Shown: one piece after another, positions 39,771 to 53,689 of the stretch
Position numbering within the stretch: the stretch's first letter is position 1
Layout of the letters: the number at the start of each line of letters is the position of its first letter
DNA from: Narcine bancroftii
Taxonomy: Eukaryota
Direction: 5' to 3'
Assembly: GCF_036971445.1 (NCBI RefSeq)
Contig: NC_091476.1
Span: 27,714,001-27,778,000 of the forward strand
DNA: 64,000 bases
Made by a program: the position numbers and the translations under genes
The notes under the pieces: generated by a model
The model's input: only the letters and a program-made list of their open reading frames with translations
The model's database searches: none
What the model was told of the DNA's origin: nothing

Positions 39771-41703
39771 GCTGCTACTTATGTACAACTTTTAAAGTGG
39801 AACATTTGGTGCCTTTGTCTTTTACAGCCCACCCCTGTCAATACATTAAAAATATTTGATAACTTTTTTGATACTTCAAATTTTACTTGTTATTCCATAA
39901 AATGTTTTAAATATTATTTTTATTTCCAACTTTGTTGTCTGTTAATATTTGAAAGTAATTCCCTGCTTAGCCAGCTTGATCACACAAGAACATAAGTATA
40001 AACAAGTGTTGTTAATGTGGTACCTTGACCCCGTTCCAACCTTCAGTAAGAACATGGTCGAACTGATATCTTAGGTTAATTTCGCTGCATTTTTTCTTTG
40101 TTCTCATCAAAAAAATTATAAACGAGCATGATTTAGGAACATTGAATATACTCAATTACCACATCATGTTGGGTTAGAGAGTTCAAAAGGTGTACAATCT
40201 CATAGTAAAGAAATCTATCTTATTCCTTGCTGGTTAAACCCTATTTTAACATTGCACATTTTAGATTCTCTCGCCTGAGAAAAGAGCCTCTTGGAAGCTA
40301 CTCTATCAGTCACACATGGAATGAAGTTGCCTCTTGTTCTTCTAAATTTCAATGTGTATAACCCGCTCATGCTCAATCTCCTTCATGGAACCATGACCTC
40401 ATCCCATGACTTGATCCAGTGAATTGGCTGCTCGGGTTCCAAGGGAAGTATTTCCTTGCATAGAGAAAAAAAACTCAGCACAGTGGTGAAGTTGGTAGAA
40501 CTGCTATCTCACAGCTTCAACAACCAAGTTTCAATCCTGATGTCCAGTTCTGTCTTAAATTAGTTATTTTCCCAATGATCATATCAGTCTCCATCCAGAT
40601 GCTCCAATTTGCCCTTCATCCCAAAGACCTATTAGTCTGTTAGTAAATTAATTGGCCACAGTAAACTGCCTCAAGAGTAGAGGAATCTGTGGGAAATTGA
40701 TGAAAATTTGTGAAAAATAAAATGGGATTAGTATAAATAGCGATTTAGTGTGGACATAGTGGGCTGGAGGGCCTGTTTCTGTGTTCTGTAAGCTCTAAAA
40801 TTATTTTTAAGACTAAATTAAAAATAAAGATGGCATATTAAAAGTTGTAATTTACTCCTCTTCAAACATGGAAAATTATTCCTTACCTATCCATGACCAA
40901 TAGTTGATGAAGGGCAGCATTTACAATTAATCCTTGAGTGTTAAATGAATATTGCCATTTTTAAAATCTACACAACTGACCTTGGAACAGCAGGTGAAAT
41001 GTTTAGTCACAAATGTTTAGAACCATAGGGTTTCTGCTGTTATTGGAACAGTAGCATGGTCTGCAGTACTCAAGGATGACCATGTATATACGTAAAACAA
41101 CCACAAATTGTTTTGCTGAATTTACAGATGCTAGTGTTCATAATGTTTAGAATAGATGTGGCCATTTGGCTGCAATATTTCTCATTTTGAATGAATAAAC
41201 TTACCACAAGCAAGGCCAATATGAAGTAGACCTACCATTTATTATGAGAAATGAATAAGACAATTGGACAAATGAGTAAAATGAAGGCCAGAGCACAAGT
41301 AGATAGCTGAAAGAAATTAATTACCTAAATTCTGGAATAGTGCACTTACTAAATGATAAGCTATCATTGCTCAATTAGAATACTGCTTCAGTGAGATACA
41401 ATGTGCATATAATGACCAATTATTCATCTTGAAATTATTTGTACCTAAAAGCAAACAATGTAAAGATTGCAGAAGACAATTAGGAGTCATTTCTCATACT
41501 GGTGCTTTCATTTCTTAATTGGACCTTTTGTCATTCCCAAAAGCTGTACTTGCTGAAGAGTTTGTTCTGGGAATGTATGCTGTCCATTGTGATCTTGTTC
41601 CACACGTATTCTCAAATTCACATTTTCCAACTGAACTTTGAGCAGCAAAGCTTCATTTTGCCATTAAATCTTGATTAATAAGGTCACTTAGTATAAAGAG
41701 GAG

Positions 41704-41982
<279 letters not shown>

Positions 41983-42449
41983 CTACTAGTTATTAGAAGT
42001 TGGGGAAACATTTAAATCTGGTATATGCAGGTTAGTTTCCAATATATTGCTGTGCTCCACTTCAGAGATTTGTTGTTTTTTTCTCTTTCCACCCACTTTA
42101 ATTCTCTACTCTAATTATAAATGTGATTTAAACTATTTATTTTTATAATTGCATTCTCCTATATTTCCTAGGGGGTCCACCCATCAGTTCAAATGCCTAT
42201 GTCCACAGTATCTGTTGATTAACACGCCGCTCATTCTAACACTGACACATTCTCTACAGTGACACACTTGAGAGTACAGAGTGATTAAATTTGGATGGGG
42301 TTTTATAGGAAAGGTTGTCTACATTGTGAAAATGGTCATTTAATGATCAGTACTGCTAGTGTTATTCCACATAATGCTAAAATATTTGTTGGATTCTAGT
42401 CTTTATTACTTTGGTATTTAGTCTTAAGATCAACCTTCAGTTCTGAAAC

Positions 42450-42499
42450 ATCTTCTTTCTTTGGCTTGGCTTCGCGGACGAAGATTTATGGAGGGGGTA
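42450..42499 (-). mobile_element. Extremely 5'-truncated RTE insertion (3' tail only)
   Basis: Reverse complement of the 3' end of the RTE at ~54995-55040 (AAATCTTCGTCCGCGAAGCCAAGCCAAAGAA). Confidence 0.8.
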
Positions 42500-43256
42500 C
42501 ACATAACAAAGGCACGTTCGGCAGTATTCAGAAATATAAATCCTTACTCTTAAAATAATTTTCAACAATTTATATCCCTTTTTCAATGTGAAGATTACTG
42601 GCACTACATCAGCTACATGAGCTAACTTCATTTACTTTGATGGTATGAACATTTGGTTTGTAATCATAAATCTTAACACCTGTGTTAACAGTGAAAAACA
42701 TGGTTGTAAGCCAAATGTTAACTGAGATGCTCCTTTGTGTTTTGCACCCAAGGTGCAATATCCAAATATGGTAAAGTCATTCAAGGAGAGAAATCCAAGT
42801 ACTCGTGGAATGCAAGGGTGGAGAGAGAAGAAAGAGACAGGCTGAATTCCCTTGCCTGATCATCACAAAGGAACTTCGGCTGTTAGGTATGCATAGAATC
42901 AGGCATGGTGTGATATGCCAACATTTTGAAATCATTTAAGTTTATATGTGGCACATAACACACCAAATCCCCAGAGAACTGCCTCAAAACCTACTCCCAA
43001 ATTTGTTGTGACAGGAGAAAGTGGAAGATTTTTTATAAAATTGAAGAATTACCATTAAGAAATCAATATTTGACACCTAACTATTCTCTAAAGCAGCTGA
43101 CCTCCAGAAAACTGTCCCACATTAAACCTCACACTGGTAGAAAAAACATGTTGCCTTTGTTCTAATTGATCTCTGTAGTTCTGGACTACATGCTGTACAA
43201 TAAATTGGTTGCTTTGCTGGCCTGCTCACAAAAGAAATTTCCTCATAGTACCACAG

Positions 43257-43275
43257 TAGGGTTAGGGTTAGGGTT
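43257..43275 (+). repeat. Short interstitial (TTAGGG)n
   Basis: TAGGGTTAGGGTTAGGGTT. Confidence 0.6.
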
Positions 43276-43459
43276 CAATAAACTTGAACTTCTGATTCCA
43301 TGGACAGGAAATATCTTATATAAACAACTATGTAACCCACAATAATTGTCCATTTCCAGCATTGATTGTGAACTGCTAATCCTACAATGAGCTAGTAGCA
43401 ATTAAATTACGCTGCATTTTTTCCTAGCTAGATCTTGTCAATATTACATACCAACTCAC

Positions 43460-43600
43460 CTGAAATGAACAGCATAACAGAGATTATCCTGTAACAACGT
43501 TTATGAGCACCCTTGCAAAGTGAGATCACAGCAAAGAGGAATGCAATGAGAGTGATAGATCCTCCAGCAAGTAGTAACACTAGTGTAGCGATCTGCCAGT
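43460..43600 (-). CDS. TMEM47: TMEM47-like, penultimate coding exon
   Basis: 141 nt, CTACAG| ... G|GTGAGT; DWQIATLVLLLAGGSITLIAFLFAVISLCKGAHKRCYRIISVMLFIS. Confidence 0.88.
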
Positions 43601-46524
43601 CTGTAGAAAGAAACACAATTCTAAAAATCTCAAATTATCCTCAGGGAAAATCTTTTTTTAGAAGGCACGATTGAGATAGCATTGAGTGCTGGGTGAAGGT
43701 GGGTGTGATTTTGGTGTGGGGCAAGAGGAAGTGTCTACCATGTTTAGCAATATTTTATTTAAAATATATATATTGAGCACTGGATACATTTTACAATATA
43801 TTTACTGTAGAAAGTCCTAAAATCTGGACTGCTCAGAGATTAGGTTGGTGAGATTTTCCAGATTCTTAAATTTTCCAAATTTAAGGAGGAATAATAAAGA
43901 GATGAACAGATAAATGTTGATATTCTATTCATTAGCAAATAAAGCATGATTCATTTATCAAAATAAGCAGTTATAAAGAAAAATAAAGTCAACACTTGAC
44001 AAAAATGTAAAATTAGAATTTTTTTCACTACAAAAATGTGTAATTCTTAAAATTGTTTAAAATTAACATTTTTAAAAATAATACGGTATGAAAATGAAAG
44101 CAGTTATTTTATACAAATTAATAATTTTTTTAGTGACATACCTTCATGATCACTTGTTGCTGCTGTGCATCTGTGGCACTTAAGCATGCATGCACACACA
44201 CAAGAGCCCATTAAATTTAAAAGATTTTTGAAAAGTCCGGATCAAAGTGAAAGTTATATACCACAAAACAACAGGTACAGCATCTGCTCTGCCCTGAATA
44301 CAATAGAATTGTAAATCTAGCTTTGTCTGACAGAAAAATCACAATCCCGCAGCAACGAATACCTGCTCAAATCAGAGTCCAGTGGCCCATCATTGGAAAT
44401 ACGAATGGACTCTGTTGTTGAATACACAATTGAATAATAAACATAACATTTCCTAAAAACACTCACATCCAAACATCTGCTATAGATCTGCCAGTAAGTG
44501 GTGTGAGGAATGTCAAATTCAAGAGATTGATTTTTTTATTAAAAACACAAAAAACCCTCCAAAATATAGCAGATCCAGTGTCATCTTTGAGTTCGTGTAA
44601 TCAAAGCCAGTGAGAGTGAAAGTAAGATAACTTGAGACGGAGATCAGACACCAGTTCATCTAATTGTCAACTTGGCCACTGGAGTGGTCATTTAATCCAG
44701 TAGCATTGCAACAACTCTCTGAAGAGGGTTCAGATGCACTTCACAGCTTTTTGCCAGGAGGACTGGCATAGGAATCGTGACTTCATTCATCTAAGTGGTA
44801 TAGCTGTTCTGTGGAGAAATGCAAATCCTTGACCCATTTTAATTGTTTAAATCTGTTCAATTAAAATCATGAAGAAGCTTTGAATTTCAAAGGCTGTCTG
44901 TGCAGGACTGCAAAATATGATCCCCAAGGATAACTGGAACCTGCTCAGTGGATGCCCATGAGTATCCAAAAGCATCTTGCATAGTCCTCCACATCTAGGG
45001 AAAATGCAAGAATTCTAGCAATGTGTCTGAACAATGGGCTGGGTCTCAAACAATCTAGCTCAAAGAAGGAGACTGTAGCTCCAATCCCTTTTGCCTAAAA
45101 GCCACATTTTGATCAACTTTTGATTGTGGAAAGGGAGAAAACAAAACAGAAAACCAAGAAGAATCATTTCACTCCTCCAGTTTATTTCCCCTTTTCACAT
45201 CCTTCATGTTCAGAATAAAGTGACATTGTAGAAGAAATACAAAAAATATAAAGAACAATGCAGTCACACCTCCTCTGCATTCAATAAATCATGGATGACA
45301 TCTTCAGCACCATGCTTCTCCACTAACTTCACATGCCTTAAAAATTTACAAAAAAATTGTAAATGCTGGAAATCCAAAATGAAAACAGGAACTACTGGAT
45401 CTGTCTGAAGAAACATTGATACAACCTTTCCGGCTAAAGACATTTTGCCAGTTCTGAGCTCTCTTTGGCAAAGATTGAAAGATTCAGGAAGATGTGACAT
45501 AATTCAGCAATTCTACACATAATTGATTATCATTCATGTTAGTAGAGAAATTATTTTAGTATTATCAGTTATAATTGTTAAGAAAATAGCCACTCTGGAT
45601 GCACTGCAACTGTGATAATCCCTTGGATTTTACAACTTTTCTCACCTTCTTAAGAGTGCACTGAAATCATATTGTTTTCCAACTCACCCTCACAATCCTC
45701 AGGCATTCTTCATGGAACCATTAACAGGTCAACTGAGGGGGAAAAAGTAGCAGGTGGGGAGGTGGTGATAGGAAAAGAAAAACCACTGCTGTGCCATGTC
45801 TGTTTTTCGCCTGTGTTAACTACGGGTGGGAAAAGCAGGGTTGAGAAACCAAAACAAGATGAGGCAAATGATTGATGTATGATTTCTTTTAATTCTAGAA
45901 AATGCTGGAAATGCTCAGCAAATGCTCAGTAGCTGTAGAGAAAACAGTCAAAGTTTCAGGTCATTGACTTTTCATCAAGATTCCTAGCTCATACATTGAC
46001 GAAGGGCTCAGGCATGAAATGTTGGTTATGTATCTTTGCCATAAAAAGTATTGCTGAGTTTCTCCAGCACTTTTGTGTGTAAATCTACCTAACCACAGTG
46101 TCTGCAAACTTTTTTTTTAATTTAAAATTTTAATTTAGTAGTTGGCAGGGTTTCTCTGTCTTCTGATTGGCATTGATTATTTTAAGTTCTTCCTTAAAAC
46201 ATTCAGATGAATGAGTATGCAAACCAGATTCCAATCCTCATTCACACATACCTTTTTCTTGACCACTCCCTCAGAATGGCTTACTTCCTCTCTGATCCTG
46301 TGATTCACAGGTGACTAGTGAGGCTAGCGTGGCAATCACAAACTCTTCCACAGATGGGGCAGGAAATGTCTGATGGGATGAGTGGTTGGATAGTTAATGA
46401 AAGGATGTGATTCTTTTACCATTTATGTAGGATTTCTGTGTAGTCTTGGCACATGGACTCCAGGTTCTCACTCCCATCAAAGAATAGTCCTTTTCTACCT
46501 TGGATGGTCTAATGGAAAAAGTTA

Positions 46525-47110
46525 TAGGAAGGATGCGGAAGCAATGGAGAAAGTATAGAGATTTACCAGGATATTGCCTGGATTGGAAAATGTCTTATGA
46601 GGCAAGGTTAGCAGAGTGGGGACTTTTCTCTTTGGAGCAAAGAAGGATGAGAGGAGATTTACCAGGATATTGCCTGGATTGGAAAATATCTTATGAGGCA
46701 AGGTTAGCAGAGTGGGGACTTTTCTCTTTGGAGGAAAGAAGGATGAGAGGAGACTTGATAGAATTCTACATGATTCTGAGTGGCAAAGATAAGGTGGACA
46801 GCCAGCACCTTTTTTCCAGGGCAGAAATAGCAAATACCAGGGGACATCTCTACAAAACGAAAGGAGGAAAATTTAGGGGAGACATTAGAGGTAAGGTTTT
46901 TTTTAAATCACAGAGTTCTGGGTGCCTGGAAATTCTTGCCAGGAATGGGGGTGGAGGCTGAAATATTAGGGCAATTAAGAGACTCTTCAACAGGCACATG
47001 GACGAAAAAAAATAGAGGATTACAAAGTAGGAAAGGTTTAGTATATTTTTGGCAGGAATATGCAAGTTGGTATCACATCAAGGGCTGAAAGGCCTGCACT
47101 GTAGTGTAAT
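46525..47110 (+). mobile_element. CR1 3' fragment with internal 96-bp tandem duplication
   Basis: DLPGYCLDWK.SYEARLAEWGLFSLE.RRMRG occurs twice (46560 and 46656). Confidence 0.85.
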
Positions 47111-47758
47111 GGTTTCATGATTTTTCATGGAGGATATAAGCATATCCATGAACCCTTTTCCTCAGTCTGCCAAATACCTATGTCTGAGGCCTTGATCTTT
47201 AACACCTTTATCTTAACTGAGTTCCAGGTCACTGTTGCCTTGCTCACTGAGATATACCAGGACAGTACATACATTTAACGTCCACTTTACCAAGGTCCTT
47301 TACCAGTCTGCTCCTGCAATACAATAACACCCTCCATAATAATTTCACGGCAAGATCCTGAAATAGTTAGATCACATCCCATCTCAGCGGCCATCTCTTA
47401 GCAAAGGCAGATATTAATAATAACCTCCAGCAAGCTTGCAAAGCTGACAGAGGAAAAGAACGTCTGAAGATCAATGTCTTCACACCAAACCCTAGATGCT
47501 AGGATCCCAGTTCATTCCTGTGATCTTTTGCCAACAACATTGATAAATCATTGGGTATGAATGTGTGAAAAAAACTATTGGGAGAGTTGTTCAAATATTT
47601 CTTTAAATCCGCGCTCAAGTCACTAAGAGTTGCCAAAGGTCTGATGGAGTGATTGTGATGAATACATGGCACAAGGAAAAAAAAATCCTTTCCAGTGGAA
47701 GAAGTAGCCAATTTTAAATCACAGTTAATATGGACTGAAAGCTGGTGTGAATTTGGTA

Positions 47759-47985
47759 AAGGTTCCATTATTGTCACAAAATGCTACATTTTGAATATAG
47801 CATACATAAAATTCTTTAACTTTGTCTACTGTAAGGCAGACAGAGAGTCACCACTTTGTACAGCTCCCCTCACAGAAACCTACGGCACCTGGTGTTCCTA
47901 GGTGGTCTCCCCTCCAAGTACTGACCAAGCCTGAGCCTGCTTAGCTTCTGAGATCAGACAATCTCAGGCTTATTCAGGCTATTAG
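47759..47985 (-). mobile_element. 5S rRNA-derived SINE (SINE3-like), copy 1
   Basis: Reverse strand GTCTGATCTCAGAAGCTAAGCAGG..TACTTGGAGGGGAGACC..GGTGCCGTAGG matches vertebrate 5S rRNA, followed by a ~115-bp non-5S tail. Confidence 0.85.
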
Positions 47986-48068
47986 GCTTCGGAAGTAGTC
48001 ATAATTTCTCTTCATTGATGGAAGGACTGCTAATTTTCCATTCCCATCCACCCCATCCCAACTTTACT

Positions 48069-48296
48069 CTAAGAGCCTGAGTATGCCTGAGATTGTCTGA
48101 TCTCAGAAGCTAAGCAGGTTCAGGCCTGGTCAGTGCTTGGAGGGGAGACCGCCCTGGAACATCAGGTGCTGTAGGTTTCTGTGAGGGGCGCTGTACAAAG
48201 TGGCGCTTCTCTGTCTGCCTTACGGTAGACAAAAGTTAAAGAATTTCATGTATGTTACATTCTAAATGTAGTATTTCGTGACAATAAAGGAACCTT
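48069..48296 (+). mobile_element. 5S rRNA-derived SINE (SINE3-like), copy 2
   Basis: 5S-like head ~48074-48178 plus the same tail ending GTGACAATAAAGGAACCTT; ~90% identical to copy 1 by manual alignment. Confidence 0.85.
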
Positions 48297-50844
48297 AACA
48301 AATCTGGAAAACAATCTGAGGAATTAATTCAGCAAATACAAAATTTTATTTGTTACCTTACTAATCATGGAAATCTTAAATAAGACATAAAATAGGCTAA
48401 CGCATTTCAGGAGTGCATCTTCATATTTTCCACCCTTTGTGCTCTTCTCATTGTGACATAAATTGTTGGATAATAGGGGATCATAACTGAATCCTGCATC
48501 CTGTAGAACCTAAGGAATTTGAATGCAAGAACATTTATTTACACAATTAAGTACATAAACTGTCGTAATAATTGTGGAGTTAAATACAGCAAAATTGAAC
48601 AGACACACAGAAACAGATGCAACTTGAGGCACTGTGGTTTCTGCAACAGCTGCTACTTCGGGTGCTAGGAATTTGCAGCTGTTTGGAATTGAAGTGCAGG
48701 ACACCATGGAAATGACACAGCTATTAGCATAGTTTTAAGGCTAATCAAACACTTCATAATTCAATCAAAGTGAAGGCAAAGCTACAACAGCTGTCAACCC
48801 ATTCCAACTGTCGTTCTACCATGTTACACTGCTAACAGATAGGTTGCCAATCAGGATGCTGTAATTCACCGCGGCCCTCAGGAAGGAGAAACATTTTCCA
48901 AACTGCTGCTGACTGCACAATGACTTCTGCTTGAAAATATGTAGATTTATAGATGAAAAGGTGCATAGAGTTATACAGCATGGAAAAATAACTTTTGAGC
49001 TAATTCATTCATACCAACCAGCATGCTGATCTACACTGCCCATTTGGCTCATACCCATCTAAATATTTCCTATTTACAGTATATACCTGTCCAAATGTCT
49101 TTCAAACAATGTACAGTAATTGTCCCACCTCTCCACACAGCTTGTTCCATTCACCCACAAAATTTGCTCCTCAGGTATCCTTTAAATATTTTGCTTGTCA
49201 TCTTAAATTTAGTTTTAGACATCCCTGCCCCGGGAAAAGACTATTTACCCTATTTGTGCCTATCGTAATTTTATAGACTTTGACAAGGTCACTCCTCAGC
49301 CTCTTTTACTCCAGGAAAAAAGTCTCAACCTATTTAATCTCTCCTTACAACAATTTCACGAGTTCTGGCAATGTTCCTGTACCTTTTCTAGCCTCATCAC
49401 ATTCTTCCTACAGCATTCCGAACCCCGGAACAACATGCAATATGGCCCGGCCAACAGATTGTACAACTGTAACAAAACTTCCCAACTCCTATTTTCAATG
49501 CCTCAGCCAATGAAGGCAAATGTAACATTGCCTTCTCCACCACCCTGTCTTTCTGTATTGCCACTTTCAAGAACTATGCACTTATACCGCAAGATCTCAC
49601 TGTTCAATAAAAATCCCCAGGACCCTACCATTCACTATGTACATCCTGGCTTGGTTTATCTTCCCACATTGCCTCACTTCACTCTTGTCAGTTATCAGCC
49701 ATTTCCTTGACCAGTTTGCTCGCTGTTTGTGATCTTTTTGTAACCTTGGACAACCTTCCTCACTGTCCACAATACCACCAATGTTGGTATTACTATCATA
49801 TTATTTAGATTTTCTTCCACACCATTAATATACACAGTAAAACCCTTGGTATCCTGCATCTATGGTGATTGGTAGTTGCTGGGTAAGTGAATTTTACAGT
49901 TGCTTGAGACCGCATGTTTCATGATTGGTGAACTAATGGTGAAACATGCCCATTTTAAACTTGCATATTTTTTACCTATTTATTTTCTGTAATATCTTTG
50001 CCAATTGTTTGAATTCCGGAGAACTGTATTACAACTAGCAAAAGACCTAGCAATATTCCATGTGGCACACCATTGGTTACAGGTCTCCAATTTGTGAAAC
50101 AACCATCTACTACCACCCCTTGCCTCCAAGCACTAAGGTGATGTTCACAAGATCACAAGACAAAGGAACAGAACCAGGCCACTAGGCCCATCGAATCTGT
50201 CCCGTAAAACTATACTAAGCTACTCTACACTAGTTCCAATTTCTGGCCTTTTCCAACAAAGAATTATATTAGTAAAAGACAGAGACCATCTTTAACCTAT
50301 AGACATTTTACGTTCTCCGATCATCAACTTTATGTAAGACTAACTTCAACAACTTTTCTAAAGGAAGGCACTTCTTTACAGTGTGCCATGTCCACAAGGA
50401 AAAGTTGGTCATTAAGGTTCTTGAACAATTCAAGCCATTCTTTAGCAGCTGTTGTAGAAACCAGAGGGCCCATAGTTGCATCTGCTTGTTAATCAGTGCT
50501 AATTTGTAAACCAATTTGCTTTTTACGCAAGGTCAATTCATCCTTTTTACTGCCTTGAAATGAGAGTACTGTATTTCTGTGGCTTAATTTTATGGAATTG
50601 TTGATACCCTCATCCAATAAAAATCTGCCAAACTTGATCTTAAAAATTTCAACTGCATTTTGTGTGAATAAGTATTAACTGATATTATTCCTATATCATC
50701 ACATTAATTTTAAGATTATGTGTTTTTCTTCTGGATTCCTTACTAAAGGAACTAGTATTTCTGTATCTATCAAGTCCCTGTATCATTAAATACCTCAAAT
50801 AATGTTATCACAACACTCTCAAGGGAATACAAGCCAAAGTTTCT

Positions 50845-52361
50845 TTTTTTTTCAATCTTTTTATTATTATTATAATTTATAAACACATACAGTTCAAAGA
50901 GATATAAAAAAAATACATAGTAAGTAATGAATTAATACAGGGATATTAAACAATAATATTACAGAATAAAAATATATCATAAAAAAAATTTTTGATCAGT
51001 TTAGGGTGTGAACTATCTCTAAAAAAAAGATATAATTAATAACAATATATGAAAAAAGAGAAAAAAAAACCCCAAAAAAGAAGAAAAAACAAATCTGAAT
51101 TTAAAAAAACTTTAAAAAAAACTTTTAAAAAAAACCTACAGATATAGCTAAACCACGCCGATCACTCCGATCTCATCTTACAGCCCAATTATCATACATA
51201 ATCATAGAAAGAAAACAGAGCCAGATCAACTCACCACAAATGAAAATATTGAATAAATGGTCGCCAGGTTAACTCAAACTTAGAAGGGGATTCATAGACA
51301 GAGTTTCTAATTTTCTCTAAATCTAAACATAGTATAGTTTGGGTAAACCATTGGAAAACAGTGGGAGGATTAACCTCTTTCCAATTTAATAGTATAGATC
51401 TTCTAGCCATTAGTGTAAGAAAAGCAATCATACGATCCGCAGGAAGAGATAAATAAGTCAAATCTATCATAGGTAATCCAAAAATTGCAGTAATGGGATG
51501 TGGTTGTAAATCAATATTCAAAACAGTAGATATAATGGAAAAAATTTCCTTCCAATAATTCTGTAAAGAGGGACAGGACCAAAACATATGTGTAAGGGAA
51601 GCTATTTCCAATTGACATTTATCACATATAGGATCGATATGAGAATAAAAGCGATGGAGTTTATCTTTAGACATATGAGCTCTATGAACAACTTTAAACT
51701 GTATTAGTGAATGTTTTGCACATAGAGAAGAAGAGTTTACCAGTCGCAGAATTTTATTCCAATTTTCATTAGAAATATGAAGGTTGAGTTCTCTTTCCCA
51801 ATCATTTTTAAACTTTTCAAAAGTCCCAGAATTTATTTTTGTAATTATATTATATAATTTAGATATCACACCTTTTGGAGGGAATTTTGAATATAGTATA
51901 TCCTCTAAAACAGTCGTAGTCTCCCGATTGGGAAAAGAGGGTAAAGTCGAAACTAAGAAACTCCTAATCTGCAAATATCGAAAGAAATGAGATCGAGGTA
52001 AATCATATTTCATGGATAATTGTTCAAATGACATGAAAGAGTTATCCAAGAATAAATCCGAAAAGCATGTTATACCTTTAACTTTCCAGAGTAAATAAGC
52101 TTGATCAATTAGAGAGGGATGAAAAAGGAAATTTAGTACAATAGGAGTTTCCAAGATAAAATGACTTAGGCCAAAAAATCTCCGGAATTGAAACCATATA
52201 CGTAGTGTATGTTTAGCCATTGGATTATCAATTTGTTTATATAATTTAGTAAGAGTAAAAGGGAGAGCAGCTCCCAAAATAGAGCTAATTGAAAAATTTT
52301 GTATCGGTTTAATTTCTAAATTTACCCAATGGGGATTTAGAGATAATTCTGAATAATTCAA
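50845..52361 (-). mobile_element. 5'-truncated L1-clade LINE, recent
   Basis: Open ORF2 C-terminus with CCHC finger (CDKC..LTHMFWSC); A-rich 3' end; 14-bp TSD AAGCCAAAGTTTCT at 50831-50844 and 52362-52375. Confidence 0.92.
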
Positions 52362-52939
52362 AAGCCAAAGTTTCTGACCATGATGGTAACCCTGATCCAT
52401 ATTTATTTTGTGAGGTCAAACCTTACACAAGTAAGCATTTTGTTCTGGCCCCAAACCTGTTCTTTATCAAGAACAGAACTTCGTATATACTTAGTAAGCA
52501 GCCTGTCCCTAATAGATACTGCTGTTGACACCATTCATGCTCCAAACTATACAGTGTTTATCATGACAAAAGATTGAAGAGAAAAGAGGTACCAGAGATT
52601 TTAAATTAAATTGCAACCATGGGACCTGTTGAGAAGCACGACTTTTATTGCCCATCCCCAAATAATTTCAAGAATGCGAGGAGGTGCTGCCCCACATTTT
52701 GTGTGGTGAAGATATTACTACAATGTTGCATAGCAGGAAATGCTAAAGACAACGAAGGTACATCAATACATTTCCGAATTTGATCAGTGTATGCTCTGGA
52801 AAGATGTTATGGCACATTTTTGCACAAAACTTAGGGATAGGTTTGCAACTTGCTGCAAGAATTAAAAATAGATTTATTAATTTTCATTTTTATCCCTTAA
52901 ACTTTATTTTGTAATTATACTAGCTATATTACTGTTAGA

Positions 52940-53385
52940 TATTCTGCTCCATCGAGGAATTCTAAGTGGAATGTTGCTGTCAGAGAGCAGCAGCAATCAT
53001 CGAGGATCCGCACCACCCGAGATATATGCTGTTCTTGCTACGTTCATCAGGAAAGACATATAGATGCCACAGACTCATACCATCAGACTCAGAAACAGTT
53101 GCTACCCCTTCACCATCAGACTCCTCAACAACAGACTCAATTAGAGGTTCATTTCAGGACTCACTTTGCACTTTATTTATTGCTGAACATTTATTTTTTT
53201 CTGTATTTGCACAGTCAGTTTGTTTACAGTTCCTTCTTTGTTTATATATTCCACTTTTGTATACATATCTTTTTTCTTTTTTACCCTACCAATAAGTAAA
53301 AATTCTACCTGGCCTGCAGGAAAAAGAGTCTCAGGCTTTTATGTGATGTCATGGATGTACTCAGACAACAAATTTGAACTTGAAC
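52940..53385 (+). mobile_element. Rex1-type LINE 3' fragment
   Basis: RAAAIIEDPHHP..LF.L..SGK.YR motif; TTTGAACTTGAAC tail. Confidence 0.75.
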
Positions 53386-53689
53386 GAGAACTGTGTGTTA
53401 ATAAATAGTCTCAAAAATCACTTCATATTAGATCAGTTGTGTTAACCATTGAGAGTTGGTAAACTCTAATTTCCTAGTCAGAAAAATGTGGGTTCAAGTA
53501 GCACTACAAAGACTTAAGTTCAGAAATCCAATACAACACTGAAGAAGTTTAAGATTTAAGATGACGAAATTATCTTTTGAATATATTGTTGTATAGATAC
53601 CTGTGACTATTTTGTTAATACTGTAATGGCCATATCATACTCATGAGTGGTGCATGTGCACAGATGCATTAAGCACAGCAGTAAACAGT

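Noticed and set aside
47875-48178. Functional 5S rRNA genes
   Set aside because: 5' end missing, multiple substitutions, no T4 terminator, shared non-5S tail, not in a tandem array
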